DNA of 64,000 nucleotides from an uncultured delta proteobacterium (GCA_963745025.1 CAVUWD010000011.1:256001-320000), one strand, 5' to 3'. Numbered from the stretch's first letter, positions 37,355-48,394 are shown. Translations and numbers: made by a program. The notes: generated by a model from the letters alone, not told the origin.

Positions 37355-38725
37355 TCATTCGACGATCGCGATCTTCAGATCCATGACGTTCGTTCCGGTT
37401 GGGCCGGTGCGGAACAGGTCGCCGAGGCGCCGAAAAAACCCGTAGGAGTCGTTTCGCTCGAGAAAGACGCGCGGCTCGAGACGGAGCCGTGCCGCGCGCT
37501 CGGCCGTCGATCCGTCGACGAATGCGCCGGCCGCGTCGGTCGGCCCGTCTCTGCCGTCGCTGCCAGCGCTCAGGCAATGAATCCGCCGAAATCCCGCGAG
37601 TTCCTCGGCCAGCACCAGCGCGAACTCTTGATTGCGTCCGCCGCGTCCCTTGCCGCGGACCTCCACGGTGGTCTCACCGCCAGCGAGCAGGCAGATCGGG
37701 CGGCGTCCCCGCCGCGCGCGGCGACGGATCTCTGCGGCGAAACGCCGAGCGCAGACGCGGGTGTCGCCCCGCATCGACGCCGTCAGGATCTGGCTGCGGT
37801 ATCCGAGCGAGCGCGCCTCGGCGGAAGCGGCGGCGAGCGCACCTCGATTGTCGCCGATGACGACGTTCCACGTCCGTCGCTCGCCGGGCTTCAAGGTCTC
37901 AGCGACCTTCCCCTGGCGGCCGCGCTCGAGATGGCGTCGCACGCGCGCGGGCACGCGATCGACGATTCCCCGCCGCGAGAGCACCCGTAGCGCGTCGGCG
38001 TACGTCGTCGGATCGGCCGCTGCCGGTCCCGAGCCGATGACCGAAGGCGAGTTGCCGATGACGTCGGACAGCAGCAAGCAAGCCACCCGAGCCTCGCCTG
38101 CCCTGCGCACGAGTCCTCCGCCCTTCAACCGCGAGAGGTGTTTTCGCACCGCATTGACCTCGGCGATCGTCGCGCCGGCTCGTAGTAAGAGTCGATGGGT
38201 CGCGAGCGTGTCGCGGAGCGTGATGCCCGGCGCGGGCAACACGAGGAGACTCGATGCGCCCCCAGACAAAAAAACGAGGACGACGTCGCCCGCCCGGGCA
38301 CGTCGGAGAAGCGCCCAGACCGCCCTGCCAGCCTCGAGGCTTCCGCGGTTCGGCAGCGGATGACCACCGGCGAAGCCACGAACTCGTCGGGGCAAGCCAC
38401 GAGGGCGGCGCGGCGCGGCGACGACGCCGGCGGCGAGCCTCGAGCCGAGCAGGCGCGCGCTCTCGCGGGCCATCGGGATCGCGGCCTTGCCTGCGGCGAT
38501 CATCCAGATCTTCCGCCCTTCGAGAAGGAGTGTCCGCCTCGCGCCGATCCGCAGTCGCAGGGATGCTCCATCGAGGAGGCGGCTCCGCACCAAACGCGCC
38601 GGCTCGACCGCAGCCACCCCGGCGCGGAAGATGCGCTCGAGCAGCGATCGGTAACGGGGCGCCGTGCCGACCGGCGCCGCCAACCCGCTACGAGGCGATC
38701 GAGCGGCTTGATTCTCCGCGGCCAT
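37355..38725 (-). CDS. Glycerate 2-kinase (MOFRL/DUF4147)
   Basis: AAGKAA, LSGGASSL, GGETTV, GGRNQE, GPTGTNVMD. Confidence 0.93.
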   Translation of the reverse strand: MAAENQAARSPRSGLAAPVGTAPRYRSLLERIFRAGVAAVEPARLVRSRLLDGASLRLRIGARRTLLLEGRKIWMIAAGKAAIPMARESARLLGSRLAAGVVAAPRRPRGLPRRVRGFAGGHPLPNRGSLEAGRAVWALLRRARAGDVVLVFLSGGASSLLVLPAPGITLRDTLATHRLLLRAGATIAEVNAVRKHLSRLKGGGLVRRAGEARVACLLLSDVIGNSPSVIGSGPAAADPTTYADALRVLSRRGIVDRVPARVRRHLERGRQGKVAETLKPGERRTWNVVIGDNRGALAAASAEARSLGYRSQILTASMRGDTRVCARRFAAEIRRRARRGRRPICLLAGGETTVEVRGKGRGGRNQEFALVLAEELAGFRRIHCLSAGSDGRDGPTDAAGAFVDGSTAERAARLRLEPRVFLERNDSYGFFRRLGDLFRTGPTGTNVMDLKIAIVE

Positions 38726-38769
38726 TGCTCCTATGTAGCCTGGAAGGTTCTCCGAGGAGGAATCCGACG

Positions 38770-39315
38770 ATGACTACGGCATCCGCGGAGTTCGATCCCA
38801 AGGATCCGCTCGCGAGCTTCGTAGCCTCCTGGCGGCGCGTGCTCCTCGAGCCCCGTGCCTTTTTCGAGGGCTTGCCGGCCGGGGGGCTCGAGCCCCCGCT
38901 CCTATTCGCCCTGATCTGCCTCGCGATCGGCGGCTTCGGCTTCATGATTTTCGGGGGCGGCATCAAGGGATTTCTGGGATTGCTGCTGATCGGCACCCTG
39001 CGCCTCTTCGTCGGCGCGGCGATCGTTTCGTGGATCGCACAGCGGCTCTTCGACGGGCACGGCGACTACGAGGCGACGTTTCGTGTGCTCTGCTATTCGA
39101 CCGCCGTCGCGGTGGTGATCGGCATTCCCGTCATCAAGCACTTCGCCGCGCTTTACGGGATCTACCTGGTCATCCTCGGGCTTGCCCGCGCGCACTCCTT
39201 CGATACCGTGCGCGCGATGCTGACCGCGCTGTCGAGCGTCTTCGTCGGGATGGTGATCGTCCACGCCCTCTGCCTCGGGGAGTGGATGCACCGAGTCAAC
39301 CCACTGCTCCGGTAA
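38770..39315 (+). CDS. YIP1-family membrane protein
   Basis: VLLEPRAFFE, GDYEATFRVLCYS, several TM segments. Confidence 0.8.
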   Translation: MTTASAEFDPKDPLASFVASWRRVLLEPRAFFEGLPAGGLEPPLLFALICLAIGGFGFMIFGGGIKGFLGLLLIGTLRLFVGAAIVSWIAQRLFDGHGDYEATFRVLCYSTAVAVVIGIPVIKHFAALYGIYLVILGLARAHSFDTVRAMLTALSSVFVGMVIVHALCLGEWMHRVNPLLR

Positions 39316-39388
39316 GGAGCCTAGGAGGTTGCGTCACAGATCGCTCTCGTCGGTCGCGATCCCGGCTCCGGCCGCGTAGGCTGCCGAG

Positions 39389-39817
39389 TTAGCTCTCTTC
39401 CTCGACGTCGTTGGTACCGAGTCGGCGGAACGCGCTCAGGTCTTCGGCGCGGCGGTTGCGCTTGGCCTCCACCTCACGTTCCGACTGGCACTGCACGCAG
39501 AGGCGGGTGAACGGCATGGCTTTCAAACGCTCCGCCGTGATCTCGCCGTCGCAGCTTTCGCAAATGCCGTACGTTCCTTCTTCGATGCGCTCGAGCGCCT
39601 GATCGACGGACTGCAGCTTCGACCGGTCCCGGTCGGTGAGAAGGTAGCTGATCTCGCGATCGCGCTCTTCGCTGGCGACGTCGTAGGTGTCGCGGCCGTC
39701 GTCCTTCTGCCCTTCGCGGCCCTGCTTGAGGTCGTCGCGGATGCCGCGCAGCACCTGCGCCTTCATGTCGAGGAGCGTTTCCTTGGCCTGCTTGATAAAC
39801 GCTTTGCGGACGGTCAA
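39389..39817 (-). CDS. dksA: TraR/DksA-family C4-zinc-finger regulator
   Basis: DTYDVA coiled-coil tip, YGICESC, RLKAMPFTRLCVQC; start codon uncertain. Confidence 0.88.
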   Translation of the reverse strand: MTVRKAFIKQAKETLLDMKAQVLRGIRDDLKQGREGQKDDGRDTYDVASEERDREISYLLTDRDRSKLQSVDQALERIEEGTYGICESCDGEITAERLKAMPFTRLCVQCQSEREVEAKRNRRAEDLSAFRRLGTNDVEEES

Positions 39818-39821
39818 CGGC

Positions 39822-41246
39822 TTATTCCTCTGCTTCTTCAAAATCGGGGGCGCGATTCTGCGGACGAACGCCTCCGCTGTCAACCCCTGGCCAGTCCCCT
39901 GGCCAGTCCCCGGCGACGTCGGCTCGCCGGCCGACCAGATCGTAATCGCTCGAATCGGTAATTTTCACCGGCGCAAGCTCGCCTGCCTCGAAGACATCTT
40001 CGAGAAATACCACACCGTCGATTTCCGGCGCTTGGGCTGCGGTCCGACCATACCTCCGTCCCTCCGCGTCGAGGCCGCAGGCGAGCACCGGCACCTCTCT
40101 TCCAACCCAGATCGCGTTCTTGTGTCGCGCGATGTCGCGCTGGAGCTGCATCAGCTGGTGCCAGCGCTCCTCCTTGACCGACTCGGCGACTTGCCCGGGC
40201 AGCGCGCCGGCCTCGGTGTTCTCCTCGCGGGAATAACGAAACACTCCCACGCGATCGAACTCGAGGTCCGCCACGAACCGACAGAGGTCCGCGAAGTCCT
40301 TCTCGGTCTCGCCTGGAAAGCCGACGATGAAGGAAGAGCGGAGCGCCAAGTCGGGAATTCGCGTGCGGATGCGCTCCACCAGGCGCCGCAGCGAGTCCCC
40401 CGAGCGCTCGCGACGCATCGCGCGCAGCATGCGATCGGAGCCGTGCTGGAGCGGCATGTCGAGGTAGCGGCAGATCTTCGGCTCCTCGGCGATGGTCTCG
40501 AGCAGCTCCCCCGTCACGTAGTTCGGGTAACAATAAAGGAGGCGGATCCAGTCGATGCCCTCGACCCGCGCCAGGCGACGGAGAAGCTCGGCGAGCGAGG
40601 CGGGTCCCGCGAGATCGCGGCCGTACGCCGTCAGATCCTGGGCGATGAGGTTGAGCTCGCGCACGCCTTCGCCGGCGAGGATCTCCGCCTCGGCGACGAG
40701 ATCGGCAACCGGCCGGCTCTCGTGGCGACCGCGGATCTTCGGGATGATACAGAACGCACAACGATGGTTGCAGCCCTCGGAGATCTTCAAATAGGCCGAA
40801 AACGCCTGCTCGGTGAGAATGCGCGGCACCTTCGCATCGGGAAGCACGTGCTGGGCGCCCACGTAGGCGAGCGGACCACCGGTCGAAGGCTTGCCGAGAT
40901 CGCGCAGCACCTCGGATATGCGCAGAAAGTCGCCGGTGCCGACGAAGGCGTCGACCTCGGGCATCTCGACTTGAAGTTCCTTCCCGTAGCGCTCCGCGAG
41001 ACACCCCGTGACCACGAGCTTCTTCGGCCGGCCGTCTGCCTTGTGATTCGCCATCTCGAGGATCGTTTCGATCGATTCCTCTTTAGCGGGCTCGATGAAG
41101 CTACACGTGTTGACGATCAGCACGTCGGCCTCGGCGGGATCGAGCGTGACTTCGTAGCCCTCGGCGACGAGCGTACCGAGCATGACCTCGGCGTCGACCT
41201 GATTCTTGGGGCAGCCGAGACTCGAGAGATGTACCTTGCGAGACAT
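39822..41246 (-). CDS. rimO: Ribosomal protein S12 methylthiotransferase
   Basis: LGCPKNQVD, NTCSFI, EGCNHRCAFC, APEIDG. Confidence 0.96.
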   Translation of the reverse strand: MSRKVHLSSLGCPKNQVDAEVMLGTLVAEGYEVTLDPAEADVLIVNTCSFIEPAKEESIETILEMANHKADGRPKKLVVTGCLAERYGKELQVEMPEVDAFVGTGDFLRISEVLRDLGKPSTGGPLAYVGAQHVLPDAKVPRILTEQAFSAYLKISEGCNHRCAFCIIPKIRGRHESRPVADLVAEAEILAGEGVRELNLIAQDLTAYGRDLAGPASLAELLRRLARVEGIDWIRLLYCYPNYVTGELLETIAEEPKICRYLDMPLQHGSDRMLRAMRRERSGDSLRRLVERIRTRIPDLALRSSFIVGFPGETEKDFADLCRFVADLEFDRVGVFRYSREENTEAGALPGQVAESVKEERWHQLMQLQRDIARHKNAIWVGREVPVLACGLDAEGRRYGRTAAQAPEIDGVVFLEDVFEAGELAPVKITDSSDYDLVGRRADVAGDWPGDWPGVDSGGVRPQNRAPDFEEAEE

Positions 41247-41283
41247 GAGGAGAACTATCATTCATACCATCGGAGAGAGTCGC

Positions 41284-42225
41284 GTGGAACTACGGACGAT
41301 CGCCACCAACGGCATCCGGATGCGGATCGCCGAGGAGGGGTCCGGGCCGCTGGTCCTCCTCCTGCACGGTTTTCCCGAGTCCTGGTACTCCTGGCGACAT
41401 CAAATCCCGGCGCTGGCCGCGGCGGGGTTCCACGCCGTCGCGCCCGACCAGCGGGGCTATGGCGGCACCGACGCGCCGGCGGCCGTCGAGAGCTATGACA
41501 TCCATCAGCTGGTCGCCGACGCCGTCGGCGTGCTGGACGCGCTCGGCGAATCGCGAGCAGTCGTGGTCGGACACGACTGGGGAGCACCGGTCGCGTGGCA
41601 TTGCGCGCTTCTCCACCGAGAGCGCTTCCCTGCCGTCGCCGCGCTCTCGGTTCCCTACGTGGGCCGCTCGCCGCTCCCACCCATGGAGATGTTTCGCATG
41701 ATGGCGGGCGACCGCTTCTTCTACATCCTCTATTTCCAAGAGCCCGGCGTTGCCGAGCGCGAGCTCGAAGCGGACGTTCGCTCCACGTTACGCCGCTTTC
41801 TCTACGCGGCATCCGGCGACGTGATCGAGGCGCTGGACTTCTGGCGGAAGCCGAAAGACGCCAAGTTCCTCGACGGCCTGCCGGATCCGAAGACGCTGCC
41901 GTCGTGGCTCGGCGAAGCCGATCTCGAATACTATACGAACGAGTTCCGCAGGACTGGCTTTCGCGGCGGGCTCAACTGGTACCGGAACATCGACCGCAAC
42001 TGGCGCGATGCTCCCGAGCTGGCGGGCGCGAAGGTCGAGCAGCCTGCGCTGTTCGTCGCGGGCGAGCGGGACGGCGTGCTGGCGATGATGCCTCCCGAGG
42101 CGATGCGCGAGCTGGTGCCGAATCTCCGGCAGCTACTTCTGCTGCCGGGCTGCGGTCACTGGACACAGCAGGAGCGGCCGGCAGAAGTGAACGCGGCGCT
42201 GATCGAGTTCCTGAAGTCTGTCTAG
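41284..42225 (+). CDS. Epoxide hydrolase (alpha/beta fold)
   Basis: HGFPE, GHDWGA, GGLNWYR, GHWTQQE. Confidence 0.93.
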   Translation: MELRTIATNGIRMRIAEEGSGPLVLLLHGFPESWYSWRHQIPALAAAGFHAVAPDQRGYGGTDAPAAVESYDIHQLVADAVGVLDALGESRAVVVGHDWGAPVAWHCALLHRERFPAVAALSVPYVGRSPLPPMEMFRMMAGDRFFYILYFQEPGVAERELEADVRSTLRRFLYAASGDVIEALDFWRKPKDAKFLDGLPDPKTLPSWLGEADLEYYTNEFRRTGFRGGLNWYRNIDRNWRDAPELAGAKVEQPALFVAGERDGVLAMMPPEAMRELVPNLRQLLLLPGCGHWTQQERPAEVNAALIEFLKSV

Positions 42226-42616
42226 CGAATGCGTCATCATGATGAGCAGCGGGTATCTCTCGAGCGCGAACCTCATCTATGCCGCAAACGACATCGACAT
42301 CCGCCACGGCGCGGTCGTTTTCCCTCTCGACGGGCAGCTGACAGTCTTCGCGCTCGCTTACTCCTTCGCGGAGCAAGCCGCGGCGCAGTCCGTGATCGAG
42401 GATGTCCGCTGGGCGCGGCGCCGCGGGACTTGCTCGAGCGGCCCGAACGGCTCGCACAGCGCGGCCTCGTTCGCACTCCGTGACTCCAATTTGCATTGCG
42501 TCTGACGGAGCAGCTGGTACGAGCAGCCTCAAGCAGTGGCCGAGCCGAGCAAAAACCTGCGATGAAGCCATGGCATTCGCAATGCTGAAAGCGTGTAGGG
42601 ACTAGGGAGGGGAGCC

Positions 42617-45061
42617 ATGCTGAGTCCATACCGAGTTCTCGACCTGACCGATGAGGGCGCCCTGATCTGTGGGCAGATTCTAGGCGACCTTGGGGCGGAC
42701 GTGATCCTGGTCGAGCCGCCGGGCGGAGTGAAGGCGCGCTCTGTCGGGCCCTTCGCCGGAGATACGCACGATGGGAACAAGAGCCTCAATTTCTGGGCGC
42801 TCAACCGCAACAAGCGCAGCATTACGATCGACCTCGAGACGGCTGCCGGCAGAGAGAGCCTGCTCGAGTTGGTGAGGACGGCTGACGTTCTGGTCGAGTC
42901 TTGCCCTCCCGGGCGGCTCGAGCGCCTGTCTCTCGGCTACCGAGTGCTCGCGGAGGTCAATCCATCCCTCGTGATGGTTTCGATCACCCCCTTCGGGCAA
43001 ACGGGGCCGAAGGCAGACTGGGCCGTCACCGACCTCACCGTGACGGCGGCGTCCGGGGCGCTCTTCCTTACCGGCGACGAGGACCGCCCGCCACTGCACG
43101 TGACGATCCCGCAAGCCTATGTGAACGCCGGTGCGGAAGCTGCAGTGGGCGCGCTGATCGGGCTCTGCGCGCGTGAGCGAGACGGTGTCGGTCAGCACAT
43201 CGACGTCTCCGCTCAAACCGCGATGATGATGACGACGCAGTTCACCATGCTTGCCCCGGGTTGGAAGGACCACCCGCCCGGACGAGTAGGAGGGGGACTG
43301 AGGCTCGGCCACATCCCGCTCCGCTTCGTCTATCCGTGTAAAGACGGCCATGTGAACGTCACGTTTGGCTTCGGCGCCGTGTTTGGGCCCGCCACACGTC
43401 GCCTCTTCGAATGGATCCACGAGGAGGGATTCTGCGACGAAGCGACGCGGGACAAGGATTGGATCGCGTACGGCCTTCACCTTCTCACCGGACAAGAGCC
43501 GCTGGAAGGGCTGGCTCGCTACACCGAGTGTATCGAGCGCTTGACGCTCGGTCATACCAAGGCCGAGCTGCTCGAGGAGGCGTTCCGGCGACGGATCCTC
43601 CTCGTTCCGATCAGCAACATCCGGGACATGATCGATTCCGAGCAGCTCGGCGCCCGGGGGTACTGGACCAAGGTCGAGCATCCGGAGCTCGGGCGACAGG
43701 TCACCTATGCGGGTCCGTTCGCCAGAATCGGCGCGACACCGATTCACTGCCGTCGCCGACCGCCGCGGCTCGGTGAGCACACGCGCGAGGTCATCGCCGA
43801 GCTGCCGTCTACACCACCACGCGCGCGGTCGGGAGTCGGGGCGCAAGGCGCTTCCCGGCCCGCGCTCGAGGGTCTCCGGGTGCTCGACTTCACCTGGGCG
43901 TACGCGGGCCCGGCCGCCACGCGCTACCTCGCGGACTACGGCGCGACCGTCGTGCGGGTCGAAAGCGCGAAGAGGCTCGATGCGATGCGCACGGTGGGTC
44001 CTTTCAAAGACGGCCACGCAGGCATCGAGCGGTCCGGTGGTTTCATCAATACCAACGTCGGAAAGTACGGCCTCTCGCTCAACCTGTCGATTTCGGAGGC
44101 GCGCGAGATTGCGCTGAGGCTCGTGAAGTGGGCCGACGTGGTGATCGAGAACTTCTCACCGAAAGTGATGCGTGCCTGGGGCATGGACTACGAGTCGCTC
44201 CGCCAGATCAAGCCTGAGCTGATCATGCTCAGCTCTTGCCTCAACGGCCAGACCGGTCCCAAGGCGATGCTGGCCGGATACGGCACGATGGGTGCCTCGA
44301 TCGCTGGATTCGGCGAGCTGACCGGTTGGCCGGACCGTCCTCCAGCGACTCCCTTCGGCGCCTACACGGACTACACCTCGCCAAAGTTCACGGTCGCGGC
44401 TTTGCTGGCGGCCATCGACCATAAGCGGCGTACCGGCCAGGGCCAGTACATCGACTTGTCGCAAGCCGAGTGCTCGATTCACATGATCGGCCAAGCGGTC
44501 CTCGACTACACGGTGAACGGGCGAATCCAGACACGGATGGGTAACGCACTTCGGGAATACGCCCCAAGCGGAGTTTACCCGTGCGCCGGCACGGACTGCT
44601 GGGTTGCCCTTGCGGCACCGACGAATGACGTATGGCGAGCGCTCTGCCGGGCGACCGGGCAGGGCTGGGCCGAAGATAGCAGGTTCGCCACGGCTATGGC
44701 TCGCCGGGAGAACCGAGAAGCACTGGATGCCGCGATTGGCGCGTGGACCGCGGGCTTCGAGTCGGGCGCGCTGGAGGAGCTTTTGCAAGGCGCTGGCGTG
44801 CCGGTGCATCGCGTGTCGACCAGCGCCGACGTTTTCGCCGACCCGCAGCTAAAAGATCGCGCCCACATCATCGACCTCGAGCATCCCCGGCTCGGTCCAG
44901 TGTCGATTGAGACGTCGCGGATGCGCTTTTCACGCACACCGGCCATCGCCGCGTGGCCCGGTCCTGAAATCGGCCAGCACAACGACCACGTCTTACGCGA
45001 GATCCTCGGGATGACCGACGAAGAGATCACGGAGCTGGTGGCCGACGAGGCACTGGAGTGA
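42617..45061 (+). CDS. Fused two-domain CoA-transferase family III (CaiB/BaiF)
   Basis: Two repeated modules: LGDLGADVILVEPP/NRNKRS and LADYGATVVRVES/NVGKYG. Confidence 0.93.
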   Translation: MLSPYRVLDLTDEGALICGQILGDLGADVILVEPPGGVKARSVGPFAGDTHDGNKSLNFWALNRNKRSITIDLETAAGRESLLELVRTADVLVESCPPGRLERLSLGYRVLAEVNPSLVMVSITPFGQTGPKADWAVTDLTVTAASGALFLTGDEDRPPLHVTIPQAYVNAGAEAAVGALIGLCARERDGVGQHIDVSAQTAMMMTTQFTMLAPGWKDHPPGRVGGGLRLGHIPLRFVYPCKDGHVNVTFGFGAVFGPATRRLFEWIHEEGFCDEATRDKDWIAYGLHLLTGQEPLEGLARYTECIERLTLGHTKAELLEEAFRRRILLVPISNIRDMIDSEQLGARGYWTKVEHPELGRQVTYAGPFARIGATPIHCRRRPPRLGEHTREVIAELPSTPPRARSGVGAQGASRPALEGLRVLDFTWAYAGPAATRYLADYGATVVRVESAKRLDAMRTVGPFKDGHAGIERSGGFINTNVGKYGLSLNLSISEAREIALRLVKWADVVIENFSPKVMRAWGMDYESLRQIKPELIMLSSCLNGQTGPKAMLAGYGTMGASIAGFGELTGWPDRPPATPFGAYTDYTSPKFTVAALLAAIDHKRRTGQGQYIDLSQAECSIHMIGQAVLDYTVNGRIQTRMGNALREYAPSGVYPCAGTDCWVALAAPTNDVWRALCRATGQGWAEDSRFATAMARRENREALDAAIGAWTAGFESGALEELLQGAGVPVHRVSTSADVFADPQLKDRAHIIDLEHPRLGPVSIETSRMRFSRTPAIAAWPGPEIGQHNDHVLREILGMTDEEITELVADEALE

Positions 45062-45163
45062 ATCAGTGGAGCCAGAAGACCCCCCAAATTCAGCACCGGA
45101 TGGTGGCGGTCGGGCTTGGGTCCCGCAGCGATACCGCGCCAACATCGTCGCGAGACTCGCTCG

Positions 45164-45883
45164 CTAGCCCACCACCTCGCGCAGAACCTGCGCGGCGCCG
45201 CGCAGCGCGCTCGCGCCGTCGCCGCGATAGACGGAGCCGTGCATCACGGCCAGGGTTCGAGGCTCGAGGGATGCGAGCCGTTCGAGCGTAGGACCGGTAT
45301 TTCGCGTGTAGGGCATGTAGTTGGCGAACGGGCCCTTCTGGAACTCGACGACCTGGTCGCGGAAGAGGCCGACGATGTCGGACTCGACGAGCGGAGGCCG
45401 CTCGCCGCTCTGCCCGAGCAGATCCGTGCAGAAGAGAGTCCGGTCGGTCTCTTCGAACAGCACACCCGCCTCCCAGCAGTGGGGCACGTGCGGCGTGTGC
45501 AGGAAGCGAAAGCGGCGCTTTCCGGTCGAGAACGCCTCGCCGTCGGCGAGCGCTCGCGCCGGTCGGATCGCGAAGTCGTTCACGCTGACCAGCGCGCCGA
45601 CCAAGCTGCACGCCGCCTGGGCACGGGGTGCCACCGACAGCCACTCGTTCAGCGAGCCGCACTCGTCGGCCTCGAAATGACTGAAGCTCACCCAGCGGAT
45701 CTTCGACGGATCGATCACGCTGGCGACCGCGTCCCGTACGGCGGGGAACAGCGCCTTCAGCCCCGTTTCGAAGAGCAGGGGCTCGTCGTCGCGAACCAAG
45801 AACTGGCCGAACTCTAAACCCGCCGGCGCAACGTAGGTCGAGATGCGGAAGACGTCGGGGGCAACCTCAGTGATGGTGGTCAT
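45164..45883 (-). CDS. FprA-like MBL-fold diiron protein
   Basis: [22 protein letters not shown]. Confidence 0.85.
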   Translation of the reverse strand: MTTITEVAPDVFRISTYVAPAGLEFGQFLVRDDEPLLFETGLKALFPAVRDAVASVIDPSKIRWVSFSHFEADECGSLNEWLSVAPRAQAACSLVGALVSVNDFAIRPARALADGEAFSTGKRRFRFLHTPHVPHCWEAGVLFEETDRTLFCTDLLGQSGERPPLVESDIVGLFRDQVVEFQKGPFANYMPYTRNTGPTLERLASLEPRTLAVMHGSVYRGDGASALRGAAQVLREVVG

Positions 45884-45974
45884 GACCGTGGGTTCCTTTT
45901 CCAGAGGCGTTGCGAGGGAATTCGCAAAGCGCGATTGCACCTGCTCGAATAGTTCTCTCAAGCGAGCGTCGCCG

Positions 45975-46415
45975 TCAAATCGACGTCGCATCCTCGTCGT
46001 AGAAGCGGCGCAGCCGCTCGAAGAGATCGCCTGGAACTTCTCTGCCGGTGATCGTCATCGAATCGGCGTACTCGAGCGTCACCCGCTCCGCCTCGGTGAA
46101 CAGCGGGCTCGTCGCCTACGCGGCGAGAGCGAGGATCTTCTCGTCCGAGACGCCCAGCTCGCTGCCCATGGCAGCGTTGATCTCCCGTCAGCCGTTGAGC
46201 GACGCCGCGCGGCGGTCGACCAGGGCGACGAGCCCGCGGTCGATCAGGCCCGACTGCGCAAGCGCCACGTCGGGCGCCATCCGCAGCCCGCCGATCGACG
46301 GACCCCTCGCCACGTTGTCCACGACGAGCGTCGCCCGCAGGCCGAGCGACGGCTGGCTGACATGAATGATCTTTGCCGGCCCGAGGTCGTCGACGAATCT
46401 GAAGGTCTCTTCCAT
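45975..46415 (-). pseudogene. Chimeric relic: Glu/Leu/Phe/Val dehydrogenase N-terminus fused to an AhpD/CMD-like remnant with in-frame TGA
   Basis: DDLGPAKIIHV...GPSIGGLRMAPDV, then RAASLNG*REINAAMG...[19 protein letters not shown]; a further TAG at 46116. Confidence 0.75.
46160..46176 (-). promoter_or_regulatory. Bacterial SECIS-like hairpin
   Basis: CGCTGCC-ATG-GGCAGCG begins exactly 11 nt after the in-frame TGA (46188-46190). Confidence 0.55.
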
Positions 46416-46451
46416 GGAATTTCGCATCGGGGCCAAAAACTCGGGGCTCGC

Positions 46452-47834
46452 TCAGACAGGCGGTCGCTGATTCCGCCAGGGTCTCGACTCCTCGAATGCG
46501 GCGGCGAGAGAGACGACCGTCGGCTCGTCCTCTGGCCGTCCCACGATCTGGAGGCCGATCGGGAGGCCTGCCTTGCTGAAGCCGTTCGGGATGGAGCAGG
46601 CCGGCTGCCCCGTCGAGTTGAACGGGAAAGTGAACGGCAACCAGGCGAGCGCCTCCTCGACGTAACTCTCCCTCCGGGAAGGAAGCTCGCCGATTTTCAT
46701 CGCCGGACGTGCGAGCGTCGGCGTGAGAAGAGCGTCGTACGGCATGAGCGCCTGCACCACCTCGCGCGCCGCGTTGTGCATCGCGGCCATCGCATTCACA
46801 TACTCTCCCGCGCTCATCTTGCGGCCGGCGTCGACGAACACCCGAACGATGGGATCGATGAGCTCGTCGTCCGCGAAGGACACCGCGGCGAGATTCGCGG
46901 CGACCACGGCCCCGAACGACTCGACGAGCCGGGCGGCCGGATCGACGCCGACTGGCTCGAGCCGATGACCCATGTCCTCGAAGACGCGGGTCGCGTTCTC
47001 GAACGCCGCTACCGTCTCGGCATCGATCGGCCCGAGCGTGCTCTTCGCAAGCGTCCCGAGCCGGAGCCGCTCAGGACGGCGGGAGACAGCCTGGACGAGC
47101 GGCCCCGCAAGCGGCGCCGCTCGGCAGGGATCGCCGTCGACCCCGCCGGCCATCACGTCGAGCATGAGAGCGGCGTCTCGCACCGAGCGCGTGATCGGCC
47201 CGTTCACGAAGAGGCCTCCCCAGATCTCGCCGGCCATCGGCGAGAGCGTCATGCGTCCCCGCGAAGGCTTCAGGCCGACGACGCCGCAGCAGGCGGCGGG
47301 AATGCGAATCGACCCCCCGCCGTCGCTTCCTTCGGCGAGCGGGTGGAGACCGGCCGCAATCGCCGCTGCGGCCCCTCCGCTGGAGCCGCCAGCCGTGTGG
47401 TCGAGGCTCCACGGGTTTCGCGCCGGCGGACAAAGTCCTCCCTCGGTCGTCGGCCGGCCGCCGTATTCCGGTGTCGTCGTCTTGCCGAGGAGAATGCCGC
47501 CGGCCCGGTGCAGGCGCGCAGCGTACTCCGCGTCGGCAGGCGGGACGAAGTTCGCATAGTTTCGCGATCCGAAGGTCGTGCGGATGCCCTTCGTCCAAGT
47601 GAGGTCCTTCAGCGAATACGCGACGCCGTAGAGAGGAAGCGAGGCCGGCTCCATCTTCTCGAGGCGGGCAGCGTCGGCGAGCGCTCGCTCCGCCGTGAGG
47701 GTCATGAACGCGTTGAGCTTCGGGTTCAGCACTTCGATGCGACGGAGAAAGAGTTCGGCGACCTCGCGCGGACGGATCTCGCGAGCCGCGACAAGACGGC
47801 GGAGCTCAAACGCTTCAATGTACGGATCGATCAC
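46452..47834 (-). CDS. Amidase (amidase-signature family)
   Basis: GKTTTPE, GGSSGG, GSDGGGSIRIPA, GLPIGLQ. Confidence 0.95.
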   Translation of the reverse strand: MIDPYIEAFELRRLVAAREIRPREVAELFLRRIEVLNPKLNAFMTLTAERALADAARLEKMEPASLPLYGVAYSLKDLTWTKGIRTTFGSRNYANFVPPADAEYAARLHRAGGILLGKTTTPEYGGRPTTEGGLCPPARNPWSLDHTAGGSSGGAAAAIAAGLHPLAEGSDGGGSIRIPAACCGVVGLKPSRGRMTLSPMAGEIWGGLFVNGPITRSVRDAALMLDVMAGGVDGDPCRAAPLAGPLVQAVSRRPERLRLGTLAKSTLGPIDAETVAAFENATRVFEDMGHRLEPVGVDPAARLVESFGAVVAANLAAVSFADDELIDPIVRVFVDAGRKMSAGEYVNAMAAMHNAAREVVQALMPYDALLTPTLARPAMKIGELPSRRESYVEEALAWLPFTFPFNSTGQPACSIPNGFSKAGLPIGLQIVGRPEDEPTVVSLAAAFEESRPWRNQRPPV

Positions 47835-47871
47835 GGGTCCTCCTTTGCGAAGCTGCGAGGTGCCGCGCTTT

Positions 47872-48090
47872 GAGTGAACGATAGGCGATCATCCGTTCCG
47901 CGAGCCCGGCGTACACCTAGCCAGCCTCCTCGGGCCCGAGCCGCCCGTCGGGCCTCCACCAGGAGATCACATACTCGCACATCGTCATGATCGCAAAGGC
48001 GGCGACGGTCCGGTCCTCCACCTCGAAGATGCCCTGGCTTTCCCGTCGCTGAGGGACTCGGCGGAGGAGGCCGAGGTACTGCCGACGGGC
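47872..48090 (-). pseudogene. C-terminal relic of a TetR-family regulator
   Basis: GIFEVEDRTVAAFAIMTMCEYVISWWRPDGRL with an internal stop; no HTH. Confidence 0.65.
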
Positions 48091-48394
48091 TTTGGAGCCG
48101 TGCAGTCGGGCTTGTGGCTGCCGCCGGTAGCGGGGTTGTTTGTGGCACATCTCTAAAATGCGACGATCAGTCCACATCCTCGACCCGCAAGCGGATCGCC
48201 CCGCTCGGCCTCATGCCGGTGAAGTAGAGCCGCTGCGCGACTGCGAGGTAGTCGCGGTGGACACGGTAGCCTCCCCTCGTTTAGGTTCTGTCGGCAGTCG
48301 CGCTTGGCGCGGTCGAGGTCCCGCGGAGATCGGCGATCGTTTCCACTCATGACGGGCTGCAGCGGTCGCCCGCGCAACGATAGGGGGGGTCGAA

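Noticed and set aside
39880-39915. 12-bp duplication encoding GDWPGDWPG in the rimO tail
   Set aside because: Short slippage in a non-conserved tail with no functional evidence.
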